Shown here: piece by piece, positions 1 through 10,209 of the stretch
How positions within the stretch are numbered: position 1 is the first letter of the stretch
Layout: every line of letters starts with the position of its first letter
DNA from: Vicugna vicugna
Lineage: Eukaryota
Reading direction: 5' to 3'
Length of the DNA stretch: 64,000 nucleotides
Assembly (NCBI GenBank): GCA_013265495.1
Contig: MU058844.1
Span: 12,732,184 to 12,796,183 of the forward strand
Notes under the pieces: generated by a model
Told to the model about the DNA's origin: nothing
Database searches by the model: none
What the model saw: only the letters and a program-made list of their open reading frames with translations
Made by a program: the position numbers and the translations under genes

Positions 1-657
1 GCAGGATTTATCCATGCTACTCTACAAACTGGAGAAGCTAGTAAATATTGTATTAATCATCTCTTAAAATGTTTTGCTGTCATGGGCCAGCCTCGGGTTT
101 TAAAAACTGATAATGGTCCTGGCTATACTAGCCGAATGTTTCAACGCTTCTGCCAAACACTAAAAATTGAACATAAGACTGGAATTGCCTATAACCCTCA
201 AGGGCAAGGTATTGTGGAGCGCTGTCTTCAAACTCTTAAAAATCAAATTCAAAAGCTAAAAAAGGGGGAATTATATCCCCTTACTCCACAAAATTACTTA
301 CATCATGCCCTTTTTATTTTAAATTTTTTGACTTATGATATTAAAGGCAATTCAGCTGCTCAACGCTTTTGGAACCAAAAACCCTCTCACCACCCTTTGG
401 TGAGATGGAAGGATCCACTTACTAATCAATGGGCCGGCCCTGATCCAGTTTTAATGTGGGGGAGAGGCCATGTTTGTGTTTTTCCACAGGATGCCGACAC
501 GCCGAGCTGGCTTCCAGAAAGGCTGGTATGCCAGATGGAGGAAAGCAGTAACAAAACATCTTCAGCAGCTCCAACTTCAAAAGAAGACGCCTCTTCCAAC
601 AACTCTGCAAACCCAACAACTGATTCAACAAGCGAATCAGATAGCGAGAACAACTGA
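1..657 (+). CDS. pol: Retroviral Pol, integrase core and C-terminal domain (partial, open from window start)
   Basis: Frame 1 reads AGFIHATLQTGEASKYCINHLLKCFAVMGQPRVLKTDNGPGY...TGIAYNPQGQGIVER...WKDPLTNQWAGPDPVLMWGRGHVCVF. KTDNGPGY, GQGIVER, WKDP and WGRG are typical betaretroviral (MPMV/JSRV/MMTV) integrase motifs. Confidence 0.95.
   Translation, partial: AGFIHATLQTGEASKYCINHLLKCFAVMGQPRVLKTDNGPGYTSRMFQRFCQTLKIEHKTGIAYNPQGQGIVERCLQTLKNQIQKLKKGELYPLTPQNYLHHALFILNFLTYDIKGNSAAQRFWNQKPSHHPLVRWKDPLTNQWAGPDPVLMWGRGHVCVFPQDADTPSWLPERLVCQMEESSNKTSSAAPTSKEDASSNNSANPTTDSTSESDSENN
471..490 (+). promoter_or_regulatory. env splice acceptor
   Basis: TGTTTGTGTTTTTCCACAG|G directly before the ATG at 491; this is the usual position of the betaretroviral env acceptor within the GHVCVF codons of integrase. 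Confidence 0.75.
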
Positions 658-2031
658 AAATCCACAAATGTCATTAATGTTTCTGGTCATTAGTTAGTTA
701 GGGCATGTACCGTTGCTCTTATGCCCTTTCCTGGTGCCCAAGCAAATGTATTTTTGTCATGGGCTCAAGCTTATGCTGATTTTCACAATTCATCTGATTG
801 TTGGGTATGTAGTGCCATGCCTTTATCTGTTGGTAGTTTGCCTTGGTGGGTTATGCCTGTTACTAAACATGAATTTCACGCTATTTGTGAATTGTTATTA
901 CAACAGCGAGAAAAATATGGTGGGTTATATTCTCAAAGTGTCTCTGCACTTGCCTGGTGCTCTGTAAAGGTTATGCATTCAGGATTCTTTTTCGATCTTA
1001 ACGCTACAGAAAAAGAGGCTATAGACTTATATCATAAGGCCCCACCACAAGCAAAACAACTAGACACGGACATTTCTGGACGTCTTACAGGACAATTTTA
1101 TCAAATATGGGACCAATATATGTGGATTACCCCAGAAACTGGACAGTTGACAAACCCTGCAGATAATTTGTTGGGAACAAAGAGAACAACCATGTGGATT
1201 TAATGAAAAGACTCTATCAAGAAAGGACTGGAAATATTTGGGATATTTATCTCAAAGACTTTGTAAATGGACCATAGATGTTACATTTACATGTAAAAAG
1301 CCTTTTGTATGGCCCGGTTCAGACTGGAATAATCCAGGCTATCGTTGGGTCACACCTAATGGGACAAAATGGATCTGCGGAACTAATGTTTGGCCTTGGT
1401 TACCCTGTGGCTGGGTGGGACGTTGTACGTTGGGATTTGTTATAGCACCTGGCAGAATTGTAAAATCTGTGCACGGTATTCCTGCTAATATGCCTAATTT
1501 ACATGCTCGATGGACTCGACAGCATTTAAATGGTATGACTATTTAGCTGCTATTTTTGTTCCTTCCTTAGGGACTGTGGATATTATGACTAAGGTTAATG
1601 CATTGACAAATTTTACCCAGAAAGCATTGATAGATGTAAAACATGCTGTAGAGGAAATTAATGCTGAACAAAAACTTATGAGAAAAGCTGTATTGCAAAA
1701 TAGAATGGCTCTTGACATTCTCACTGCTGCGCAAGGAGGAACTTGTGCTATTATTAAGGTAGAATGTTGTGTGTTTATTCCTGACTTGTCTGCTAATATT
1801 TCTCAGGCAGTGGATGATATGCAGAAACCAATTAAGAATATGGATTCTCCAATGCCTTTTTTACCAGCACAATGGTTTGATTGGCTTAAGAGTGACTGGT
1901 GGAAACATGCTCTGGTGATTGTCATAATAATTTTGATCCTGATTTGCATGGCCCCTTGTATACTCTCATGTTTGTCTGAGTTTTTGACACAACGCATGCT
2001 CGCGTTTAGTCGCATTCATCGGTCTCAATAA
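491..2031 (+). pseudogene. env: Retroviral env, about 513 aa when reconstructed, interrupted by three 1-nt frameshifts (~694, ~1165, ~1519)
   Basis: Long signal peptide MPTRRAGFQKGWYARWRK...; SU with CWVC (799-810); furin-type site RWTR at the third frameshift; TM with LQNRMALDILTAAQGGT (ISD), CAIIKVECC (CX6CC), hydrophobic anchor ALVIVIIILILICMAPCIL and a short tail. No other in-frame stops along the reconstructed path. Confidence 0.9.
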
Positions 2032-2076
2032 GAGGAGAACCTTAGGACTATGTGCACCTGTCATTTTTAAAATATT

Positions 2077-2089
2077 AAAAAAGGGGGAG
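2077..2089 (+). other. 3' polypurine tract
   Basis: AAAAAAGGGGGAG one base before the LTR TG at 2091. Confidence 0.9.
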
Positions 2090-2090
2090 T

Positions 2091-2824
2091 TGCGGGGAGC
2101 CGCTCGTGACTGAGGGCTGCCGAGCACAGAAACTGGGCATAAAACCCCAAAGTGCAGGGCGCCAGGCTCTGAGATTGAGGCTGCCGAGCACAAAGGTTGG
2201 GCCTAAACTCCCACAGTGCGGGGCGCCCGGCTCAAAGGTCAATTGAGTCAGAACAATCTCTGTTCCGCCACCCCTTTGAAGAATGCACCAGGTGCGCTAA
2301 GTGCCTGAGGAACATCCTGAGCCATTAAGTCACAAGAGACCTTTGGAAAGAGAGATACAATCGGCACACAAGTTAGTGATCTTTACTTAAAGAACAATCA
2401 CCTGAGTTAAATATACACGAGTCACGATGCTAGTTTATAAGTCACAATGTTAGCCTAGAGGAACAATACCTAAGTTTATGATTTTGGGTTTATGATCCTG
2501 GTTTTGGGAACAGTTGATCCGGTTTTTTGGGAACAGTAAATAATAATGATGTCTTTAAGTTAATGATCTTAGTATACATTGTAACGTACCCTAAAACAAT
2601 AACCCTGCCTACGTGCAGGAATGTAGGAACTAATGGGTTAAAATCATATAAAAGAACCGCCTGAAATAAACTCGAGGTCCACTCTTGACCTAGCGTCTTG
2701 CGGGCTAGAGTGAGACCCTCTCACCCAACTTGTCTTGTCTTGTCGTCTCTTTGTTACGTCTTTCCTTTTCTCAGTCCTGCAGCACAGGTTTCTGGACCTG
2801 ATCGATTGTTGGCTGGCTCCGACA
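2091..2824 (+). mobile_element. 3' LTR (734 bp)
   Basis: Starts TGCGGGGAGCC after the PPT and ends GGCTCCGACA (imperfect terminal inverted repeat). Contains TATAAAA (2647-2653) and AATAAA (2665-2670). Followed by GGTTGG, the expected TSD half. Confidence 0.9.
2647..2670 (+). promoter_or_regulatory. LTR TATA box and polyadenylation signal
   Basis: TATAAAA and AATAAA separated by only 11 nt. Confidence 0.75.
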
Positions 2825-2849
2825 GGTTGGGGATTAGAAACACTGTCAA

Positions 2850-3510
2850 TTCCATATCCTTAGTATGTCCATCTGTGTGTCTCCATCTCTAGCGCAGCTT
2901 TCTTAGTTCTGGCCACCATCATCTCTTTGCTTGGTTTACTGCTGCAGCCTTCAAAGGGTTTCTCAGTTTCTTTGCCTCTAACCTCCACAACAACCTCCCA
3001 TCCACAATCATCCTCTAAAATTTCGACAGACCAATTATTCTTTGTAAAATGAAAAGCTAATTGTGCTACTCTGCTGCTTAAATCCTTCAATGGCTTTTTG
3101 TTGTTTTCAGAATAAATTTCAAACCTCAAAGGTTGGGACACGAAGTCTGATGTAATTTGGACTCTTTTTAGGTCTCCGCCTCTAAAGTAACTTAACAATA
3201 ACAACTTGAAGGAGATAAACAAGGTCCTACTGTATAGCACAGGGAACTGTATTCAATATCTTGTAATAACTTATAATAAAAAAGAATATGTATGCATATG
3301 TATGTATGACTGAATCAGTATGCTGTATACCAGGAACTAACACAATAATGTAAATCAGCCATACTTTAACAAAAGATAAATAAATAAAAATTTAAAAAAG
3401 AATTTGAAGGGCAAGGACTGTCGCTTGTTCCCCTTTCCCCTTAATCTTTGTATTCTCATTGCCAGCTTGGTGCCTGGAAGACAGTAGATGTTCAAATAAT
3501 ATTTGTTAAG
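2850..3510 (+). mobile_element. L2 LINE 3' fragments (ERV target) with a short L1 3'-UTR tail nested at ~3210-3400
   Basis: L2-like text (gccaccatcatctct; gtgcctgg...cagtagatgttcaaataatatttgtt) flanks an L1 tail (aacaaggtcctactgtatagcacagggaact...A-rich end). Confidence 0.6.
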
Positions 3511-5170
3511 GAGTTTCTGGCCCGATTCTGTGGTTTAAAAAATACTTTCTCAGTCTATTGCAGCTTATATGAAGTAGACAACTTTCCTGAGTTCTCCATC
3601 AGCTCTTTCTGACCCATCTTTATTCTTATTTCCCAAACCTTCATAGGCATTCACTTCCTCACACTATGGCACAACACTTTCTTGACTTACATAACTCAGT
3701 AACACTAGACCATAGCCAGGGGTTACTTCCCAGAGTACAGCATGGGGAAGCCCCTCCTCATCATCAACTGAAAACCAACTTTCTTAACGTTGCATGAGTA
3801 GCGCATATACAAAAAATGAGTCTATTTTATTTTAATCAATTTTGCTATTTAATTCAATTTTACTACTCTGATGTAAATAAATAGTATCTTAAGTATATTT
3901 GAAAAACCCCAGAAAGTTATTGTAACAGTTAGCTTCTGTATAAATAAACAAATAAATGCTATTAAGTCAGAGAGGCTTTTAAGTTTTAAGCCAAGCTTTC
4001 CTAGTGAATTTGGTTTTAGCTCTGAGCTACTTAGTTAACCATTCTGATGGTCCCTGAACCTCTCATCACTAACCATTCTCCTTTTCCTGCCTCTTTAAAT
4101 AGTCCTATAAAAATATCAGTTATGGATCTGATAGTACTCAGTTCAGTCATGAAACAAATTTCATTATTTAATATTGGGATTCACTGGATAAAAGGTATAA
4201 TTAACATAATTTAAATGATGAGATAAGCATGTTAAAGCATTAAAGAGAATAGAGAGATTATATACTTAGCATCTTTGACTATATTATCACCAAATGGTTA
4301 TTACCTTTTAAATAATTAATGTACTAATACATATTTCTATCTGTCTATTCGTCTATTTTTTGTTGAAAATTTCTTCTTGAATCATTTCAAATTATTTCTT
4401 GAGAATCTACTATGTACCAGGTTCTGTTCAAAGCAGTGGGGATAAAGGGCCTGGAAAATAGTAGGTGGGATCTCTACCCTGAGGGTATTTAGATTCAATG
4501 GGTAGAGACAGACAGGAAACAAGTAAACAAAGTATGGAATAGTGTAGTCTCAGAAACTGCTAACTACTATAGAATAAATAAAATTTGGCAATGGGATAGA
4601 ATGATAGTGGGAGAGAGGCCAACTTTAGTTGGGGTGATTTAGAAAAGTCCTCTCTAAGGAAATAAAGGCTCTCAATGATGAAATCTCAACAATAAGAAGG
4701 AGCTATGGGAAGATCTGGAGGAACAGTGGTCTACAGAGAGGTAAGAACAGGAGCCTGACATAGGAATAAACATGCATATTCTAGAAAAAGAAAGATCAGT
4801 ATGACATTTTATGTAATGAATCTGTGCCTGGGCAAGAGGTAATGATGACTTGAACTAGAGATTTAACACTGAAGAGGTTAAGTGGTTGAATTTGGTATAT
4901 ATTCTGGAAGTCCACCCAAAAAGACATGTGAGGGTATGAAGAAAAGAGAGGCGCCAAGGTTTTTGACTTAAATACCTGAGTAGATGGTGGCGCCACCTAC
5001 TGAAATGGAGACTATCAAGAAGAGTTCTCTTTGGAATTTGTTATTTGTTGTATTTGGAATCTGAGAAATGTACAATATATTCAAGAAGAATTTTCAGGTA
5101 GGAGGTTGAATATATGAATATGGAACTCAAGAGAGGCCAGGAGTAGAGTTTTCATCAAACATTTCTCTGC

Positions 5171-5662
5171 TGTCAGCTATTTTGTTCTGTATCAACCTAA
5201 AGTTCATGAAAACTGTGACCACCTGCATCAATATGATAGAGCTGGAAAGCCGAAGAACTGAGACCACCTGTGTCAACATGACTTAGTAATTTGTTCCAGG
5301 AAACTTTGTCCAGAGAAGATAAAACCATACAACAATAAACAACTTCACTGTTTGATTTAGGAAATCACTGCAAATCAGTTTATCTGAGACAACAGTCTCC
5401 CTCATCAAACCAAGACTCACTTCAAGAATCTCACCACCATCCCTAAAGTACTATTTCACAGACTTGCCCAGTCTCAATCTGTTCCCCACTTTGAAATACC
5501 TGCCATAATCCCCTTGAACCTATACCTCTCAAATCCCCTATAATCCTTCTCTGACTCTTCCCTCTTGATTCTGTTAAGGCACTGTTCTCCCTGACCACAG
5601 TGACTTCAAATAAACTGGGTTTTGCTTTGTTAACAGTTTAGTCATATTTTGGAGAGTTCAAG
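5171..5662 (+). mobile_element. Probable solo LTR (ERV1-like)
   Basis: TG start, internal short duplication (gaccacctg), AATAAA near 5609, LTR-like length. No clear TSD. Confidence 0.45.
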
Positions 5663-6338
5663 ATTCTTTGCTATTTTTGCTCTCCTGCCTTTATAGTAAG
5701 TGTTAATCCTATAAGTAACTGTTTACTCACCTGCTTGAACTCACAATTAACAAAATGAGATTTTTGAAGTTGGGAGGACCTTAGGAAAAAAAAAATGGAG
5801 CCAGGTAAGTCTTCAGTGGGAAATGATATTTGAATGAAGGCCTGAAAGAAGGCAGAGGGCATGCCCTGCAGATGATGGGGCAAAGAGCCTCCAGGCAGGG
5901 CGATCAGGAGTGCAAAGACCTCTACATGAGACTGTGCTTAGTGTGTTTAAAGAGGAACAAGGTGGCAGGAGTGGTCAGGAAGTGGAAGTGGGAGAGGAGG
6001 TCCAGATTCTGGTGGGGAATCAGGGGCAAATCATGTAGGGGCCTGAGAGCCACTCTAAAGGCTTTGGCTTTAACTCTGAAAGAGATGGACAGTCATTGCA
6101 GTCATTTGAGCAAGAGAGTCATATGATCTGACTTGTGTTCTCTAGAGATTGTCCTGGCTGCTGTATTGAGAATAGACTGTACGGAGCAAGCACAAAGGTA
6201 CAGAGATTAGTTAGACATCCATAATCCAGGCAAGAGATAATGGCAGCTTGAAGCCAGGTGGTGGCATGCCAGTGGTGAGAAGGGGTGGGAGTCCTGTTAC
6301 ACTTTGAAAGTAGAGCCAACAAGATTTGTTGATGGGTT

Positions 6339-6836
6339 TGTTACTGGAAAAAGGAAAATAAGAATTGCCTTGGTTCTTAGTCACCCCTAAAAAGAGAATT
6401 TTTGACGAGAGACAGAAAGCGTGATATAAGCAAGATTTTTATTAGTGACGTTAAAAAAAATAGTGAAAGATAGTCCACCCCCAAGAACTGGGAGCGAGCC
6501 TCTCCAGGAGAGGGCAGATGGCGCCGTGCTTTTGTTTTTCCTGTTTTTAGAGCCTGGTTTCATGATTGATTGATTGACAACTCAGGTTCCCTGTGCTCTG
6601 GCACGCCCATCCCCTTTTGGGCAGGTTCATTGAGTCTAGTTATACCAGCGCCCCCTCCCATATGCAGCTGCAGTGCTTTGATTTTAACTGGCTTCTTTTA
6701 TGGGCCCTTATTTAGAGAAAGTACAAGTTTCTGGAGTCCCTATTCCTGAATGCAGACACATTGCCATTTTCTGGGTTGTTCCTTTCCCTTCCCTCTCCCC
6801 TTGCCCAGTGCTTATTTCTATCTAAACTACCTAACA
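6339..6836 (-). mobile_element. Solo LTR (ERV1 class)
   Basis: TGTTA...TAACA termini, perfect 4-bp TSD GGTT (6335-6338 and 6837-6840), TTTATT on the + strand. Confidence 0.85.
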
Positions 6837-7147
6837 GGTTGAATGTGGGTGAGGATAAAGGATGACTCTGGTTTTGACCTGAGCGATAAGAAAGGCGAAG
6901 CTTTCTTTTGCTAAAATGGGTTAATCTGTGGGAGGAATAGGTTTAGAAGGCAGTTGAAGATGAGGAGTTCAATTTTGGACATGGTAAGTTCAATGTGCCA
7001 TTTAGATTTCCAACGGGACATATCAAAGAGGCAGTTAGACATGCAAATCTGGAGTTCAAGGGAGCAGCCTAGGCTGTATAGATAAGTTTTGGAGTCCTCA
7101 GTGAAGGGACTCTACATAAAGCCTTAGGACTAGATCAAATCACCTAA

Positions 7148-7723
7148 TGCTACCTGAAAATTGGATTTGCCTCTTCATGTGTGTTGAGCCAAAAGGCACA
7201 ATCAAGCCAAAGATCAGGAGAAGGAAGGAGTAAGTAAGAAGAACACCGGGGATGTTTCCCAAAACCGTGCGTCCCCAAACAGCAAAGCTGGGGAAGTTTT
7301 AAGCATATTCACGAGGCGCTTGAGCAAAGGAGAATTCAGCAGAGAACTGGGGCAAAGGCCAGCAGAGTCCAAGCTTTAGTTGATTGAAGCCTGAAGAGTC
7401 AGAAAAGGTTAACATCATCATCCCTTGGGTTCCAGTTGACCTGGTGGTTGAGTGCCCAAGTGCTTCAGGCTAATCGTAGTACTGAAACAGAACTGAGCTT
7501 ACAACTAGTTTATTATCTTTGGTATTGTTACTTCCCTTCCCTGGAAACAGTCATTTGTCCTTTTATTCCCTTAAGATGATTACTACTGAGACCTGTTCAA
7601 GGGCAAGCATTGCGGCCAGGCTTAGATCACAAAATGGCTTATGCCAAAAATGGCTTCTCTTATGTCAAGAAAGTCATGCCTGGTTCTCCCGTCCCCAGGA
7701 ACCCCCTACCTTATCTGCTTACA
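7148..7723 (-). mobile_element. Solo LTR (ERV1 class)
   Basis: TG...CA termini with 4-bp TSD CTAA (7144-7147 and 7724-7727), splitting an L2 segment. Confidence 0.85.
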
Positions 7724-8439
7724 CTAAGAGTAAGCATAGACAGAGAAGAAATCTGAGAACTGAGCTCTGGGGTACTTCATCTGAAAGAGGGCATTAAAAC
7801 TGAGAGAGTTTAAAAACATTGCAAGATATTATGGGGAAAGACCACATTATTTGCCAAAGGTATAAAGCTTCAGGGCTGATACCTGCATAGCTGGGGCAGT
7901 TTTCCCTGCCAGGATGAGGTACTTCTATAAACACAGAAACCGAGACCATTATGGCTACATAGACATCTGCACTGTTTTATTCCAGCTTCCTCCTCCACGA
8001 TTTAAAAAAGAAGAAAGAAGGAATTCATGTAAAATACTGAAAGCATGGTCAGGAACATCTGTGGCTGGAACAGATTTGGTTGTGTAAATAAGGCCATGAG
8101 ATAGTCTTTGTCTTTCCCACAAGTAAATATCATCAGACTTATCACATTATCAATGCAGCAAGTTACAGCACAATGAGACTAAAAAGTGTTCACTCTGTAT
8201 AATCTTTTTTAGAATGGTTTCAGGATAGGGTTGATGAGTGCAAGATACGTATATATATATCTTCTTTTTGTTGTGGGGTGAGGTGCAGAAGATAGATTTA
8301 CATGGGTAATTAGTGAGAAAGTAGAACTAGAAAATATAGACTTCATCTGTTGAAAGCTTATCTAAGTGTTAAGAATAATTTTCAAAAAAAAGGCAAAAAT
8401 CAAGACTCTCTAATAGATACAAAGTGAAGGCATGTCCAA

Positions 8440-8555
8440 GATTATGTAAAATAGATAAATAACAAGGACCTACTGTTGAGCACAGGAAACTATATTCAAT
8501 TTCTTATAATGAGCTGCAATGGAAAAGAATCGGAAAAAATACATGTATGAAAAAA
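8440..8555 (+). mobile_element. Short L1 3'-UTR fragment
   Basis: aacaaggacctactgttgagcacaggaaactatattcaat, same family as the tail at 3210-3400. Confidence 0.6.
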
Positions 8556-9546
8556 ATTATTTTGAAGTCAGAGAACAACAAATTTATGAAGAGTAAAAGA
8601 ATACTGAAGAGAATTTAACAAGTGATTGAAAAACTGACTTTTTCCATAGGGATGGGAAGGTTGAGGAGGTTGGGTAGTTGGGACAAGAGGGGTTGTCTGC
8701 CCACCAGAGAGAAGTTATTTGTACATCTATAGACAAGAATTAGTCACATGGCAAGGTTATAGAGAGCCTGGGAAGCCAAGTCAAGAAACTCCATCAGGAT
8801 TCACCTGAAGTACTTATAAATTTGAATGTTTCCCCCTGAGGCTGAGGGATAGGAAGGCAGGAGAATACAGATATAGGCAAGCAGTGGTTTTGGAAAATAT
8901 GTAGTTGACATATGGTGGCCTCAGTCTTATTGAAATCATGACATCATTGTTATTAAAAGTCATAAATCATCTAGAAGGCAGAGAATTTGGTATAAAACAG
9001 CAATTGAATGCTACTTTTAACACTGAGTTTCCTGGTAGCAAAGGCAAACATGGAAAGGTGGTAATTATGTAATTCTGATTGGCACACAAGAAGAAGAATA
9101 CAAGTTTTTCTGCAAAGATGGGTTTGACTGCTGAGAATAAGGAGGTTGTGAGCTATGTGAGGAAAGAGGGGGAAGGTATGGAATTCCCTAAGCAGAATGG
9201 GAGATGGAATTCACTACGGACAAGTAAAATAATTTTTAAGCTATGCTGTGGGACTGCAGGGGTTAAAGACACGTGCATTTGGAGTAAATCTGGAATATAA
9301 ATCAATTCCTCCAAGAAACCTTCCCTGGTAATTACAGGCTGGGCTAAGGTGTCCTCTAAGTCCTTGCAGCATCTGGATCTGCCTCTTTGTGGCAGTTAGG
9401 ACGGCATTTTACTCTTTCTTCTGTTTCTCCCCACAGAGCTCCAGGAAAGCAACAACTCTACCTTCATATTTCCAGGGCCTAGTACAGTTGCCTGACACTG
9501 GTGAAGCTCAGGGAAATTGAAGGCATCAGGAAAGAATGAGTGAAGA

Positions 9547-9911
9547 TGTCTTAGCCCATCACTAGGGCTCCTAGAAAAGAATGCCACAGACTGGGTAGCT
9601 TATAAACTACAGAAAGTCTATTCCACAGTTCTAGAGGCTGGAAGTCCAAGATCAAGGTGCTGGCTGATGTGGTGCCTGGTGAGGGCCCGCTGCCTGGTTC
9701 ACAGACGGCCATCTTCCCTCTGCGTCCTCATGTGGGGAAAGGGGCAAGGGAGCTGGCTGAGGTCTCTTTCTCAAGAGCTCTGATCTCATTCATGGAGGCT
9801 CTGCCCTTCCTGACCTAATCACCTCCCAAAGGCCCCACCTCCTAATACTTCACATTGGAGGTTAGTTTTCAACATATGAATTTGGGGGGACCACGAACAT
9901 TCGGTCTATAG
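9547..9911 (-). mobile_element. MaLR LTR (MLT1A/B-like)
   Basis: Diagnostic ccacagactgggtagcttataaac, gctggaagtccaagatcaaggtgc and acctaatcacctcccaaaggcccc. Confidence 0.85.
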
Positions 9912-10209
9912 AAGAAGATGTGCACACAGACCGTTCAGTCGGGTGTGCAGGGTAGGGAATGGTTCTGCTGGGGGTGTGAGCCTGGAAGAAGCCAGCATGC
10001 ACTCCGACAGCACTCTTGCCTTTCTCATCTTGCCTTGGACTCAGTGATATCAGAAACCAGTTGCCTTCTCACAGAAAGATGCACGGTGAAGCAGTCACAG
10101 TGAGAGCAGGACTTGGACATGGTTTGTGGCATGTTCCAACCTGCTGCTTGATGCTTTACAATCTACAGTTAAAGATTAAATTCAATCCCTTAAATTTATT
10201 TTTTGTTCT

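Larger units (their letters stand above)
1..2824 (+). mobile_element. 3' portion of an endogenous betaretrovirus-like (ERV2/ERVK class) provirus; 5' part lies outside the window
   Basis: Ordered IN - env - PPT - LTR(TG...CA). Integrase is open without stops and the LTR retains many CpGs, which suggests a young insertion. Confidence 0.95.
4390..7790 (-). mobile_element. Fragmented L2 LINE sequence interrupted by three LTRs
   Basis: L2-like segments at ~4390-5150, ~5800-6338, 6837-7147 and 7724-7790. Confidence 0.65.

Noticed and set aside
535..657. Ser/Asn/Thr-rich integrase C-terminal tail as a novel domain
   Set aside because: Explained by overlap with the env leader in the other reading frame.
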